Shown one piece after another: positions 50,507-62,963 of a stretch of 64,000 nt of DNA (position 1 is its first letter; each line of letters begins with the position of its first letter). Where the stretch lies: contig OZ210884.1 of the NCBI GenBank assembly GCA_964658305.1, positions 7,936,001 through 8,000,000 of the forward strand. Direction: 5' to 3'. The notes under the pieces were generated by a model, which was not told the origin of the DNA, did no database searches, and saw only the letters and a program-made list of their open reading frames with translations. The stretch is from Leptogorgia sarmentosa (lineage: Eukaryota). A program made the position numbers and the translations under genes.

Positions 50507-53500
50507 AAATTATTTCAATTCGGAAGTTCTAATTGCAAACAGAACTGCATATTATTTGCGACAAGCCGACAAGTGTTTGTTTTACCAAAATGGATTCAGA
50601 AAAGCAAACGTTATAAGTTATAAAATTAAGTTTGGAATTTGGTACGTTACGTACGTGTAATAATATCCGCTTTCGGTATAAATCGCTTCAACCTCACCTA
50701 CGAGGCTCAGCCATATATAAAAGCGAACTGAAATTCAAGCAAGCCGGCCTAGACTTGAATCTCTTAATGAGAATATAAATGCTGTATTATATCAAGTCTC
50801 AAATCTCTTTTCCAGATAATTTTGAGGGAGCCAAATGAATAAACATCGACGCGTGACGTACTGTGTAAGGTCAAAGGCGTCCAAAGACTGTTTGTATGAG
50901 TATAAGTACGTCATTCATGTGCAATGCAATAGACCACCGTAATATAATTTTGTTCCCCAACTGCGTCAGTTGCTATGCCAAATGTAGGCTAAATTTATAC
51001 ATTCAATATATACAAGTATTAAGGTGACGCAGTCTGGGTTTTTTTTCAGAGAAGATTCTACAGTCCCAATTTCAGAGAGGGAGTTTCGATATATACTCCA
51101 ATACATGCGTGCAAGTTGTACCAGTTACGTCAGTGTTAAGAGTACTTACACTTGTGGCAGTAAGCTGAAAGAATGAGATGTAAAATTTTCAACCACTGAA
51201 AATAAACCCCCTTGCCGTAGCGATTTTATTACGGCCTTACATTGCTACCAAATAGATCATGATATACCGTATATAATCTTCATTGTCGCTGATTTCAATG
51301 CATATACAAATACGCACGTAGCTACAACGTACAGAATGAAAACACTGCATCAACGCATATATATTATATAATATATATCCTGTGACCAAACAAGCTACAG
51401 TCTCAACAAACAAACGCTTTGTATGCTCTTCTTTACGTTAGTAAAACATTTAACAAATCACTAGAGAATAATACAGTTTACAGAAGCAACATATTCATCT
51501 CAGTATTATGTCAGTCATGAGCTTATTTATGTTATTATTATAATTCACAGTGCCTTTAACAGCGTGCGGCTCACGTAAAGTTGCCAATTTTCTGTAGAGT
51601 GCTGAACACAGACTTACCTGATTTGAATTCAAATATTCTGAAATGATAAAGTTTCTTTTCGTTGCAATAGACAACCGGACTTTGCTGGCAATGTGCGTTG
51701 ATCATATTCAGGCGAATCGTCGAATATTTAAAAGCAGTTGTCTCGAAACGATGGCCAAATATATAATGTATGTAATAAAAATTATTCGAGGAGAACAAGT
51801 AGATACAGTTATGTTCTCGTCGCTTACATCAGGAGCACAGTGAGCTCGTATCGGGGCAAAAATCAATCGCCCTTTAGCCAAGTGTTTACATGCTTTAATG
51901 ATAAAACTGAACTTAATAATATTAGCCACAATTATGCGAAGACTTCTACCGGGGTGCTTACGCCACATTGACGTCATTTGATCATCTTACGTTATTACTG
52001 GATCACTCTTTGCGGTCTCGTTCGTGGGTCGCGTTTCCGAACAGACAAAACAGCACTTTCATCTTCATAAGTATTACGTTCGCTAGAGTTGAAGATATTC
52101 CGACGTTGATAATTTATCTTTTTACGTCATTGAACAAGCTTTCCAATTCAGTTGCTTCATGTACAAACATGAAGCGTAATATTTTATATATGAATGATTT
52201 TTAAATTAACCTGTCTAAACTAGGACGAGAATGAACGTATTGGTCTATTGGACGCGTACGTGATATAACATTTCGCCCACACCTCCACCGGGAAAGAGAA
52301 AATAAACCTTAATGAGTGACGTGGCGATCATGCACTGCCTAAGTTAAGTGACCAAATATATAGTATATTCAATTTTTTGATCCAGAGTCAGCAACTCTTG
52401 AAAAAATTGATCTCGGTTCTTGCTTTTTGTCGCCATGGTATTTGACTTTCTTGTCAACCTATATCATCTAGTGGCACTACAATCATTTTCAAAAGTATTA
52501 CGGACAACTTGTAATCAAGACATCAGTGGACATATGTTAATAATTACAAGCAATAACTCCGTCTCTCCTCCCATCCTTTCAATGTTGTTTTTTTCATAAA
52601 CGATTGGACGCGAAAACAAAATGTTAATTGGGGATTGGCGTATTTGAGAAACAGATGATGTATGTGTATTTGGAGCACCTGTCCCATGCGACATACGACT
52701 TAAGCTCTTTACTATTTTGTCTTCCCCAAAATCCCCAAAATAAAATGATTCCCTTCATGCATATCGGCGAATTTTCAAACCTCGACTCACTTACGAAGTG
52801 TGTTCATATGCATCATCAGTTAATAATTGCAATGCTGATGTATTTCTATCTTCTTCGTGATTGCTGATCACCAATTCATGTTCTAAAACTGATCTGTAAA
52901 ACAAAAGACAGACAAGAACCAGTAAAAAATCCTTAAATTCTTCAAAACATTGGGGTATTTATATTTATAACTCGCGAGTAAGTATTGGCATGAGCCATTA
53001 ATGGTTTATGGGTAATGGATGAATTGAACCGGGATGAATGATTATAGATTGGCATGAAAGAAGCCGGTAGGTTTCATTGCACACATTTTTTACTCCGATA
53101 TAAGTTTTCCAATATTCGCAAACCCAAAAAAACTATCAGACGCCGGTTGTACGGTAGTTCACGTTGACTATATATAGTGCGAGAGTTTAGCAGTCAGAAA
53201 TGCGCATTTTACGACCACTATTCGACACTTAACTACCTAACCCTAACCCTAACGGGTAGTTAAAATGTAGTTAAGAGTTTTATACAACCTGCCCCAGATA
53301 AATCTACCTGTGAATTAAGAGGCGACGCCTGCAGAGGTGGCAAATGAGCTGCGTGTAAACCATAGGTGTAAACCAATGTTTTTTAAGCCGGGTTTTTTTC
53401 ACGCAAATCAATTAATTTTTATCTTGCGCGAATCGATTTTCTGACTGAGACTCTAACCGCACTGGCCCGCACATACAGCTTTCACTCTAGACATTATTGT

Positions 53501-54349
53501 TTGGGTAAAAACCGCTCATTAATAATCAATTTTCCGGCTAATGATAGGAAAATTACAAAACTAAAACGGAGTCCCTAAACTGTGTATTATACTGTAATAA
53601 CTATTGTTGAAAATCACACGAAAGTTGCATCAATATGACTTGGATATATTGAGATATATACAGTAGCCAAAAAAACCAACTAAATGAAAAATACAAATTA
53701 AGATATCGATCATGAATAAATTATTGTCCTAAACGTATTGTTTAAAGAGACTAAGTAGTTACGCCTACTTAAGCAAATGAAAAGGCGTGTCGAGTATCGG
53801 TTGACATATACAATCTCACGCCATGTTGATTTGCCTTTGTGAATTCCCGACCACAATCAAGCCACATTGACCGACTTTGTAAACCACAATTGTTCGTTGG
53901 TTGAGGAAAGTACGTCTTTGATAGACCGTCGGAAACCTCGAAAGTGGTTGGACACCTCATAACATTACATGAGCAGAAGTGGCATTAAAAACAAGCATAA
54001 TAATAATAATTTTAAATCTGGGATCAGGCAGCTGGAGCAGTCGGTGTGATGGTCACCATACCATCTTCAAGTGTTGGATGTTTTCTGTCCAACCACAGTT
54101 GACACGACGAGGTAGATTTAGGTGCTTTCTCTCGGAACTAAAAATACCAAGCACCGAACTGTCCGAGAAATACATTGTATTTTGGCGGAAAATATACTGT
54201 ATTCTGCCTGATTCTGTATTCAGCTGAATAATATACTGTATTCTGGAGAATAACTTACCTACGTACCACAAACTACGTACCTATTTTTTGCTAACTTCAG
54301 GGTTTCTCTCCCGCATATGCAATTTGCCCGAGTGCAGGTTATTTTCAAG

Positions 54350-56095
54350 ATGGCGGTCTTCTTGAGGCGTTTGCATACTTTGTGTCTTAATAAAACTGTT
54401 CATATGAACTCTTATCCAACATTATGTCGGTTTTCAAATAATATTATCGACAGACCTGACATGGGTCCACCAATACCGCCATACCAGAAAAGAAAAGGTG
54501 AATCCTCAAACGTTAAAAAAGCAAGATTGCTTTATCAGAGCAGGTCTGTAATTGAAGTATAGGTAATTTTTACAGCGTGGCTACTATACTGGCTCAGTAT
54601 GTCTGTATATAGGTTAGGGATTACGTTCAGTGTTAGGTTCAGTGTTAGCATCAGAATCAGATTTGGAAGTTCAGATAGGGGATTTAAGGTCGGGATTAGG
54701 ATTAGGATCAGGATCAGAGTTGGAAGTTCAGATCAGTGTAGTTAAAGTCAGGGTTAGGATCATGATCAGAGTTGGAAGATCTGATCAGGGTATTTAAGGT
54801 ATGGATTAGGATCAGGATGAGAGCTGAAAGTTCAGACCAGGGTATTTAACATCAGGATTAGGATCAGGATCAGAGTTGGAAGTTCTGATTAGGGTACTTA
54901 AGGTCAGGATTAGGATCATTATCACAGTTGGAAGTTCAGATCAAGGTATTTTGGGTCAGGATTAGAATCAGATTTGGAAGTTCTGATCAGGGTATTTGAG
55001 GTGTGGATTAGGATAAGGATCAGAGGTGGAAGTTCAGATCAGGGTATTTATGGTATGGATTAGGACCAGAGTTGGAAGGTCTGATCAGGGTATTTAAGGT
55101 CAGGATTAGGATTAGGATCAGAGTTGGAAGTTCAGATCAGGGTATTTAAGGTCAGGATTAGGATTAGGATCAGACCTGCCAGGAAAAGCATTCCAAGTCA
55201 ATGTTTCATATTGGGGAAGCATGTTATCAAGCCAGCATGCCACGAAATTTGAAGCAATTATGACTGTAGTGAGCATTACTAAATAGGATTAAATTTTATA
55301 TTGTTTTTCAGTTAATGGGTTGGGTTTATTATCATTCTTTAGGAAACGTGGAATGTTAGAAAATGGCTTGTTGTTGAGGTGAGCAAAGCTAAGAAGATTT
55401 GCAGTCGAATCTTGGCGTATAACACACAATGGAATTTCATGAACTGAGCTTTAATGTGCCAAATTGCATCATATACTTTTGTCTTATAATACGTGATGAT
55501 TACTGTACGTTGTTAAAGGGTTGAACATATATCTTTGCAGTACCTCCGTTATCTAATTGCTGCTTGCTACGGCATGTACAATCAATATGATACACTTACG
55601 TAGCAACCAAAAATACATTATTCCAATACCAACGTAAACAAAAATTGACTTTTATTACTGGAGCACTTTTCATTTAATTTTTCAAATCGGAACTTTAGAA
55701 TGGCCTCAAAGCCAGCAAGATACTATAGTGCCATGTGTAGGCGGTTTTAAGAAATATATACTTTGAAATATTTAAACATTTATTTTTTATGACTATGGTT
55801 AGTGTATACAATTGTTAGTTGTGTTTAATCCAATGCTATTTAATTTTACTATAAATCTATCTGTCTATCTAGTACATTTGCTGACAGATTTTTAAAAACT
55901 CTGAATGACGAGTTGCTGGAACAATATGATACACTTATCAATGAACCATCAAACGACTGGGATATTTACTACTGGGTTACTGGAGCCAAAGAAACTCCTC
56001 AGCAGTATGATAATAAGGTGATGGACATGTTGAAAAGACACGCGCAAAATGAAGATATGGAAGTCAGAATTCGACAGCCTGATCTGAAATTTTAG
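54350..56095 (+). CDS. SDHAF2: Succinate dehydrogenase assembly factor 2 (Sdh5), 150 aa, exons 54350-54543, 55343-55378, 55873-56095
   Basis: Mitochondrial-type N-terminus; KARLLYQSR|KRGMLENGLLLS|TFADRFL..LEQYDTLINEPSNDWDIYYWVTG; GT-AG introns; exons sum to 453 nt. Confidence 0.95.
54612..55174. repeat. Minisatellite with ~45-51-bp units in SDHAF2 intron 1
   Basis: About ten copies of caggattaggatcaggatcagagttggaagttcagatcagggtatttaaggt, varying in the number of 6-nt subunits. Confidence 0.92.
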
Positions 56096-57775
56096 CAGCA
56101 AAACTTTTTCCGTGTTTTCAGATCAACGTGAAGAAAACGATCGCATTTCAGGCAATTTGCCATGACTCTTTTGGCATAGTCTGTTAAAAAATAACATAAT
56201 TGATTATCTCAAGATGGGACATCGTTAGTTTGGTTACAACATCTGTACTGTAATACTATATATATCAAAACCTATACAATTGGAAATTTATCTTCTACCT
56301 AGCTGTATATAAAAAAACTGTAAATGTCTTATAAACAATATTTCAACACTGATAAAAACTTTACCAAGGTCACTATATATACATGCATTGTGTAGGTTTT
56401 TCTCACAGGAAATAAATTAATAAATTATAACAGTTCATGTACATATTTGTATAGGTTTTTACTAAGAAAAGAGTTTAGCCGTAGATCGCCGTGGCTACCA
56501 TATTTTTTTACGTATATCAACAACGGCATTCAACGATTTGCCATATGATGAGTTTAGTTTAGCTATACGAGTGTGTTTGCCATGCATAAAACTTGTTTGC
56601 TAGTTTTTACAGGCCATCAATAAAAAAGCCAGCTACAATTTTGTTCCGTTTGTATAACGATTCGTCACATAAATATGGTTTGGCATATATGTATTTGCAG
56701 CTGTCTTTTGTGATGTCGTTATGACGTTTAGCACTAACTACTACTCGAGTATTTCCTCAAAGGAAATATAAAAATGTTTGTTTTATCATCCTCACGAGCG
56801 ATTATATTTGTAATGAAAAAATGTCACACAAAATTTACATACGTGGACGGTGCTCGTGCAAAATGATTCTGAACATTTAACAGGCGGCCTGTTTAATCAA
56901 GTTAAATTTCGTATTTTTACACGTCAATAACTGGAATTGAATATGGGAAATTAATAAGTGTAAATCTCATTTGCAGGTACTAGTTTTATTTCCATAATGA
57001 TTTCAGAAATCAACGAGTATTGTCGACAATTACGACATTAAAGAATTACCGGTGTCGTCAATATCCGGGTTTTTCTCACATTGGGGAAGCATGTTATCAA
57101 GCCAGCATGCACGCGGGAGAGTTTGTATTACACAGGAGATGACGATCTTCATTATCATAATAATACATACATATGATTTTCGTTCGTTTTAATACCAACC
57201 TGCGGCCTATATCGCGACAATATATCTATCGTTTGACAATGAATATTGACAGAGTAATTCACTTTCTTAGCAAGACGTATTCTATTCTCAGCAGGATAAT
57301 GGAAACGAAACCAACAGTTACTATATCCTCAATATAAGTGTTATCTTTGAAACGAATCGAATTTCTATTTTGCAATATTTACAGACTGGGACGGCTAGTG
57401 AACATCTGCTTTGAGAAAACAATTAGATAGTAGAATACAAATAAACAACTGTACTAAAAGGTACTACCTTTTCGGTTCAAAGAAGCTGTGCCTTACTTAG
57501 TGTTGCGAATATCTACAGTAGCAACTGGACTGAAGTTTATGTCAGGAGAACGCCTGGAGGCTATAGTTCAAAGATCGCGCATTCGAGTGCAGGAAACGGA
57601 ACGATTTTGGGTTTGTTTTTTTTTACCCAAAACAAATTATTCTTCCTGGAAAACCCATTCATGTTGTCTCGTCATCTGATGTTGGGAGTATTAAACAACT
57701 GCGCACAGTCACTTGTATTTTGAGAGGGCAGCTGCTGTTCGGACAATCGAAGTATAGAAATTGCGTACAATCAAT

Positions 57776-58723
57776 ATGTCATTCAACATGTCGATCAAAA
57801 TGGCTAGGAATACTTCGCTGCAAAAAGAAAACTTCCTTCTCAGTTCAGAGGAAGCGACATGTCTCGTGATCTTCAATTCACTTCAAATCATTTTTGGATC
57901 AATAGCGAATGTTTTTGAAATCTTATTTTTCTTGAGAAAAAGACATGAACACGACAGCGTGCCTGATAAACTGACTCTGAATTTGGCGGTGGCCGATCTT
58001 GTTGCCTTAACGACATATTTGCCTTGGCGGACTCATCTTCTACATATACGCAGAACAACTGAGGACTACAAATACTACACTTCGTTATTTGTCTTCTGCA
58101 TCTTCAACACTGGAAACGCAATACTGCTCATTGGAGTTGATAGATTTGTAGCCGTTACTCGTCCATTGAGGTATCATACTCTGGTCACTGGTAAAGTAGT
58201 TTGGTTTGGAGTGACACTGTCCTGGAGCACAGCCCTAGTACTGAGTGTTGGACATTATTTGAGTTACAAGAGAGTGTTGCTGGATATTCATAAAGAATAC
58301 GAGTTTTCACTCTCGTGTTTATCCATTGGGCATATGATTGCAATGTCGATCATTTACATTGTGATACTTACGGCTGCAAAAAAGCAAGTCAAGGCTGTTT
58401 TATCGCTTCAGGCAAGCTCAATGAATGTAGATTCAGATTCGTCGTTCATTTTGCATTTCAGAAAAAGTGTATACACTACATTTTGCATTGTATGTCTGTT
58501 CTACGCAACGTTCCTCCCCTATTCAGTGTACAGGATTATAACACATTTTGACGACAGTATAAGCAAAACTTCAAAACGTCTGACGTGGCGGTGGTTGATG
58601 TCTTTTACGTTTCTCAATTCATGCTTAAATCCCTATATATATTTTGTTGGGATGAGGAAATTTAGATCGGGACTTAAATGCATATTCAGCAGTTTTACTA
58701 ACAATGAAAATACTATTCTGTAA
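57776..58723 (+). CDS. Intronless class A (rhodopsin-family) orphan GPCR, copy 1; start ATG could be 57776, 57788 or 57800
   Basis: Seven hydrophobic segments; NLAVADL in TM2, DRF and PLRY, FLPY in TM6, NSCLNPYIY in TM7, helix 8 KFR. Confidence 0.92.
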   Translation: MSFNMSIKMARNTSLQKENFLLSSEEATCLVIFNSLQIIFGSIANVFEILFFLRKRHEHDSVPDKLTLNLAVADLVALTTYLPWRTHLLHIRRTTEDYKYYTSLFVFCIFNTGNAILLIGVDRFVAVTRPLRYHTLVTGKVVWFGVTLSWSTALVLSVGHYLSYKRVLLDIHKEYEFSLSCLSIGHMIAMSIIYIVILTAAKKQVKAVLSLQASSMNVDSDSSFILHFRKSVYTTFCIVCLFYATFLPYSVYRIITHFDDSISKTSKRLTWRWLMSFTFLNSCLNPYIYFVGMRKFRSGLKCIFSSFTNNENTIL

Positions 58724-58984
58724 TGTAATTTGGGAAGTATAAGTAATAAAGTTGTAAATGTATTTTCTGGAAATAAAATCTTTTTCTTAGTCGTATTGTC
58801 CTCTCACCAGAGAACAGCGTGGATTTATCATACTTTTCTTTCAGTTGTCGTTAATTTCGTTTATTATATAGGAAGGCTTTTGTTTAGCAGTTTATAGTTA
58901 CTTGCAAATGTAAAATTATAGTAAAAGCACAAAGCCGAACTAATATATTATTTCACATAAGCAAGTCATGTAGAATGATATTTA

Positions 58985-59360
58985 CAGAAATATTGTTCAT
59001 GGAAGAAAAAAACTTGTATTTTATTTTATCAATAATATGTATGCAGAAAATGATATTGAATTTCACCTAAATATTGTTTAGGGAAAATAATATTTTACTT
59101 CTACATATTCCCATAAATATTGTTTATGCAAAAATAGTCTATAATATTGCTTGTGCAGAATTAATATTCAATTTCACGTATAAATGTTCATTTTGCAGAA
59201 AAATTATCATATTTCACATAAATTTTGTTTAGGTAGAAATACTATTGTATTTGGCATAATTATGTAGAAATAATATAATTGTAAATCTCATATAGATTTT
59301 GTTTATGCAGGAATAACATTGTAGAAATTCTCACAAATATATTGTTTACCAGAAAGATTT
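58985..59360. repeat. Degenerate AT-rich minisatellite, about 38-bp unit
   Basis: Recurring aaatattgttta.gcagaaaataatatt..atttcacat-like units. Confidence 0.6.
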
Positions 59361-62300
59361 TATGCGTGGGTGTTCAAAATTCATTACATATAGAACTGTG
59401 TTAAATTACAAGAATCTTACACAGTGTTGTATGAGCTACAGGGAGAGGACATAAAAAAGTGCCCCTCTTATACGGTATGCTAAAATAGTGCATTTGAATA
59501 CTACATAAAAGCATAATTTACAACGTACTTTATCAGGTGTTATTAAAAATAATATAATGTTGATTAATAATATGAATATTTCGAATGTAATGCCATTTCT
59601 ACCGTTCAGCCTTCTTGACAAAATTGTTGTTTGTGAAACCATTCTCAAATCTCAATGTCACATCAAAGCCGAGCCTGCAGTATTGTGGTGTGACAGAAAT
59701 CTTTTATAAGAATTCGTCGATTTTAAAATTCAAATAATTCTGGTTTACGAAAATAGGTGACTAAAACTCGTTCATGCTCCACTCTAGTCACCAATTTATT
59801 CACGATTTTCCTCTAAAAAATAACTGAATTTCATGAAAACGAAGAAAAAGCAGATTTTACAGGATAGCGCAAATATCAGAGGAGGTCAAAACACATCGAT
59901 CCTGCAGTGCGACATGCGAATGAAAGTTTAATTGAATTTTTTTTCCATTCCACCTGCGGCTGATTGTATATTGTTGTTGCAAATCCATTCCTGCATGTGG
60001 AATTATAGTATTGTGTTTTCTACATTATCATATATGTCTTTAATTAATTTTTTTTCTTCGATTTTGTTGACAGTAAGGTGTCATTAAATCCTAATATATT
60101 CATTCCATTTGCGAAAGCATATTAAAACTTAACACGTCGCTGTTGCAGCAGTAGTTTTAATAAAAATGCATAATATGTAGCTAGTGTGCAATTTATTATA
60201 TTGTATAGGTTATAATACATGCATTGTTGGAAAAGTTTCCTTCGCTTAATGAAGTTCTGGTAGGCAGGCCTTTGCTGTTTTTATATATCCTAAGGATAAC
60301 AATGACAATGGACAATGTAAACTACAATGGATCAAAAGTAAATCCCCATCTTTGGTTGTTTACGCTTTGGTAAACTGATAAAGGGTTGGCCTTCTTTGAC
60401 AGGTCAGAATATCTCAACTGGCCGTTTATCGCGTTTTTAAGGATTTTCGAAGAAAAATGGTACTCGTCCCAGGCTATTCGCGAAGGCTATTTAAAAGAGC
60501 CGCCATCTTGGAATTTAAATGCTAAAATGTTTAATTCTGTCTTTCGGTTTCACGATAAATGGAAAGTACGAGAGCTTCAAACGGGATTTTTCAATCGAAA
60601 TTGTCGCATTTCATTTGCACGATGTTAAACCAAATGGGTTTTTCGTGAAAATAGTAAACAACCTTTGTTTAGCAGTTTTCCGGAAATGTTAATGTTCGTA
60701 GACTGGACGGCTGTGCGTTATAATTGTTCTTTATATATTCTTCATATTTTACCCGGTGTTCCCCCCAAAAAAACTATACCCTGTTTGATTTCATATAACG
60801 TCTTAAAACGATAAAAATCACTTCGTCAGTCACTTCAGTTATATGGCTTAATTTGGAATCCTTTTAATTTCAGCGATTTTATCTTCGATAATTCTAGCTC
60901 ATTCTTTTAAAATGTACTTTAAAAAAAATCCACTTAAAGTTGATTCTTACGAAATAAACGAATTAATAATTCACATTAAAAGAAATTTCCACTGCTTTAT
61001 TATGCAAAAACGACGGAAGATGAATTTTTTACCGTTTGTTTGTCTCTGGTCTCTAGTTGTCGTGTTCGCCTAGTGGAAAACAGGCTTGATGTACCAGATG
61101 ATGATGATTTAAAACGCAAATATAAGCATCTGTGTTTGCAGTTACATTATTCCTTATGCCATGTAGTGTCCAATTTTATCATGCGGGGGGCGGTTGTACG
61201 AAAGTCGGATAACTTTATTCACCGGATTGTGATTTTTCCAACCGTTGTAAAAATACACAAAAAGCTCTAAAACCGCACCATATGGTAATTAATGTTTAAT
61301 TCGCACAGTTGTTGAAGCTTTTTAGCCAATCAGCGTCCAGGAAATTGAAAACAATAATATTATTCGAAAAATGTGTTTAAATATTTACCAAATTGCTTGA
61401 AACTAACTCAATTTGTCGATTTCACACGCGACAAACACTGCGAGGATAGCCGAGGAAGCCATTAGTTCGAAAAGAAATGAACACTAAAACATTCTGAAAA
61501 TTAGCCAAACAGGGCCAAGTAATTTTGCCCCCTGAATTAAGAAAAAATGCCCTCCTCATTAGCCAATCAGGTTCTAGTAATTTTGCCCTCTAACTAATTT
61601 TCTATTTGGCCAACTACTTGTGTACATCAGTACATGTACCATTGATGAAAAACCAATAATGAACGCTGCATGATACGGCGTGTTCCCCAAAAAAGGCCAC
61701 CCTTTGAATTCGGGCGCTTGTGCCACATATTCTAATTTGAATGGTTTTAACTCCCTAATGAGCCCAAGAATGCTTGAAACGACTGAACAGAGAATTTTTA
61801 TGCTTGCAAATTAATTGAATTTGATACGCTAAAATAACTCAGAAAGAACGCATAAATATCATTGATTAACAATTGGCAAGGTTTTGGGCTCATTAGACCT
61901 TGGGCTTAGTTAAGGCGGTTTTCCACTTGCGAATTTTGTCGCGCGAAGCGAATTTTTTTCGCTCGCGCGCATGCGTGTTCATAAATGTTATATCGCGATA
62001 AAATTTTCCAACCGTTCGCTACGGCGAAAAAAAAGGAGTTCGAATGATTCTTACTCGTTCGTACATTTTCGCGGCGAAAAAAGTCGCCACCCAAGTAGAT
62101 TTCAAAATTGACATTCAGTGATATATTCTGCGTATCCAAAATTTTTTCTTTTACTTTGTACGTAGATTTTTAAGGTCTTCTGAGGAGCAGCCTGATATTT
62201 ATTATAAAATTGGAGTCATTAATCCCAATGATTCATAGTCATTAGCCGGAACAAAAAGCTCAAAAAAGTATGCAGTTTAAATGTCGTCGTTTTTGTTAAA

Positions 62301-62963
62301 AATAGATAACGACAAAGCTATTTAGCCTTTTCTGAGCTGCATGTGGAAGTACTTTTTTGTTGTAAGTACTTAATTATTTACTGTAAATATAATATCATTA
62401 CATGAAAATTTACTATGGGAAATGAATGTCTACATGCCTGTTCCCGCCTTTTTCCATGTTCTCTGAAAACTGGTAGGTTTAGTAAAACAACGTACTCAGT
62501 TGTAAAGATGCATGCAACCTTTTGATAGGTTGTTTTAACGAATTGAATAGACCGGGTTGGAAAGAGATACACTGCCAGATGTTTTATTATTTATTCATTC
62601 CTCAAATTGTTTACATTGCTTATTAAAAATAATGAGTTGCTTTAACTAACAAGAATTCGAAAGCGAAACATGAAATCTACGTGGCAATGTCCACAACACT
62701 GATGCAGTTTCTTAAAACTTCGTTTTTAAAGACAATAAGCAGTTTACAGCATGTGTCATACACGCGCTTCATAAGTCTCAACAACTTGTTGATAATTGTG
62801 AAAATGATTGATATGTTGCAAGTCAACACGCCTGTCTTTATGTTCTGTAGCAATTAGCAAAACAGGTTGTACCATATGGATCTGTTGTATTGTAATAAAA
62901 GCATTTATTACATGAGTAAAGAGCAATATGAGAGTAATGTCTGCAAGAGGAGGACTGAACCCT

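Noticed and set aside
53237..53252. Telomeric repeat CCTAACCCTAACCCTAAC
   Set aside because: Only about 2.5 units, embedded in a MITE-like repeat; not a telomere or telomerase template.
53430..53470. tRNA-like A-box on the minus strand
   Set aside because: No complete cloverleaf or B-box; at most a SINE relic.
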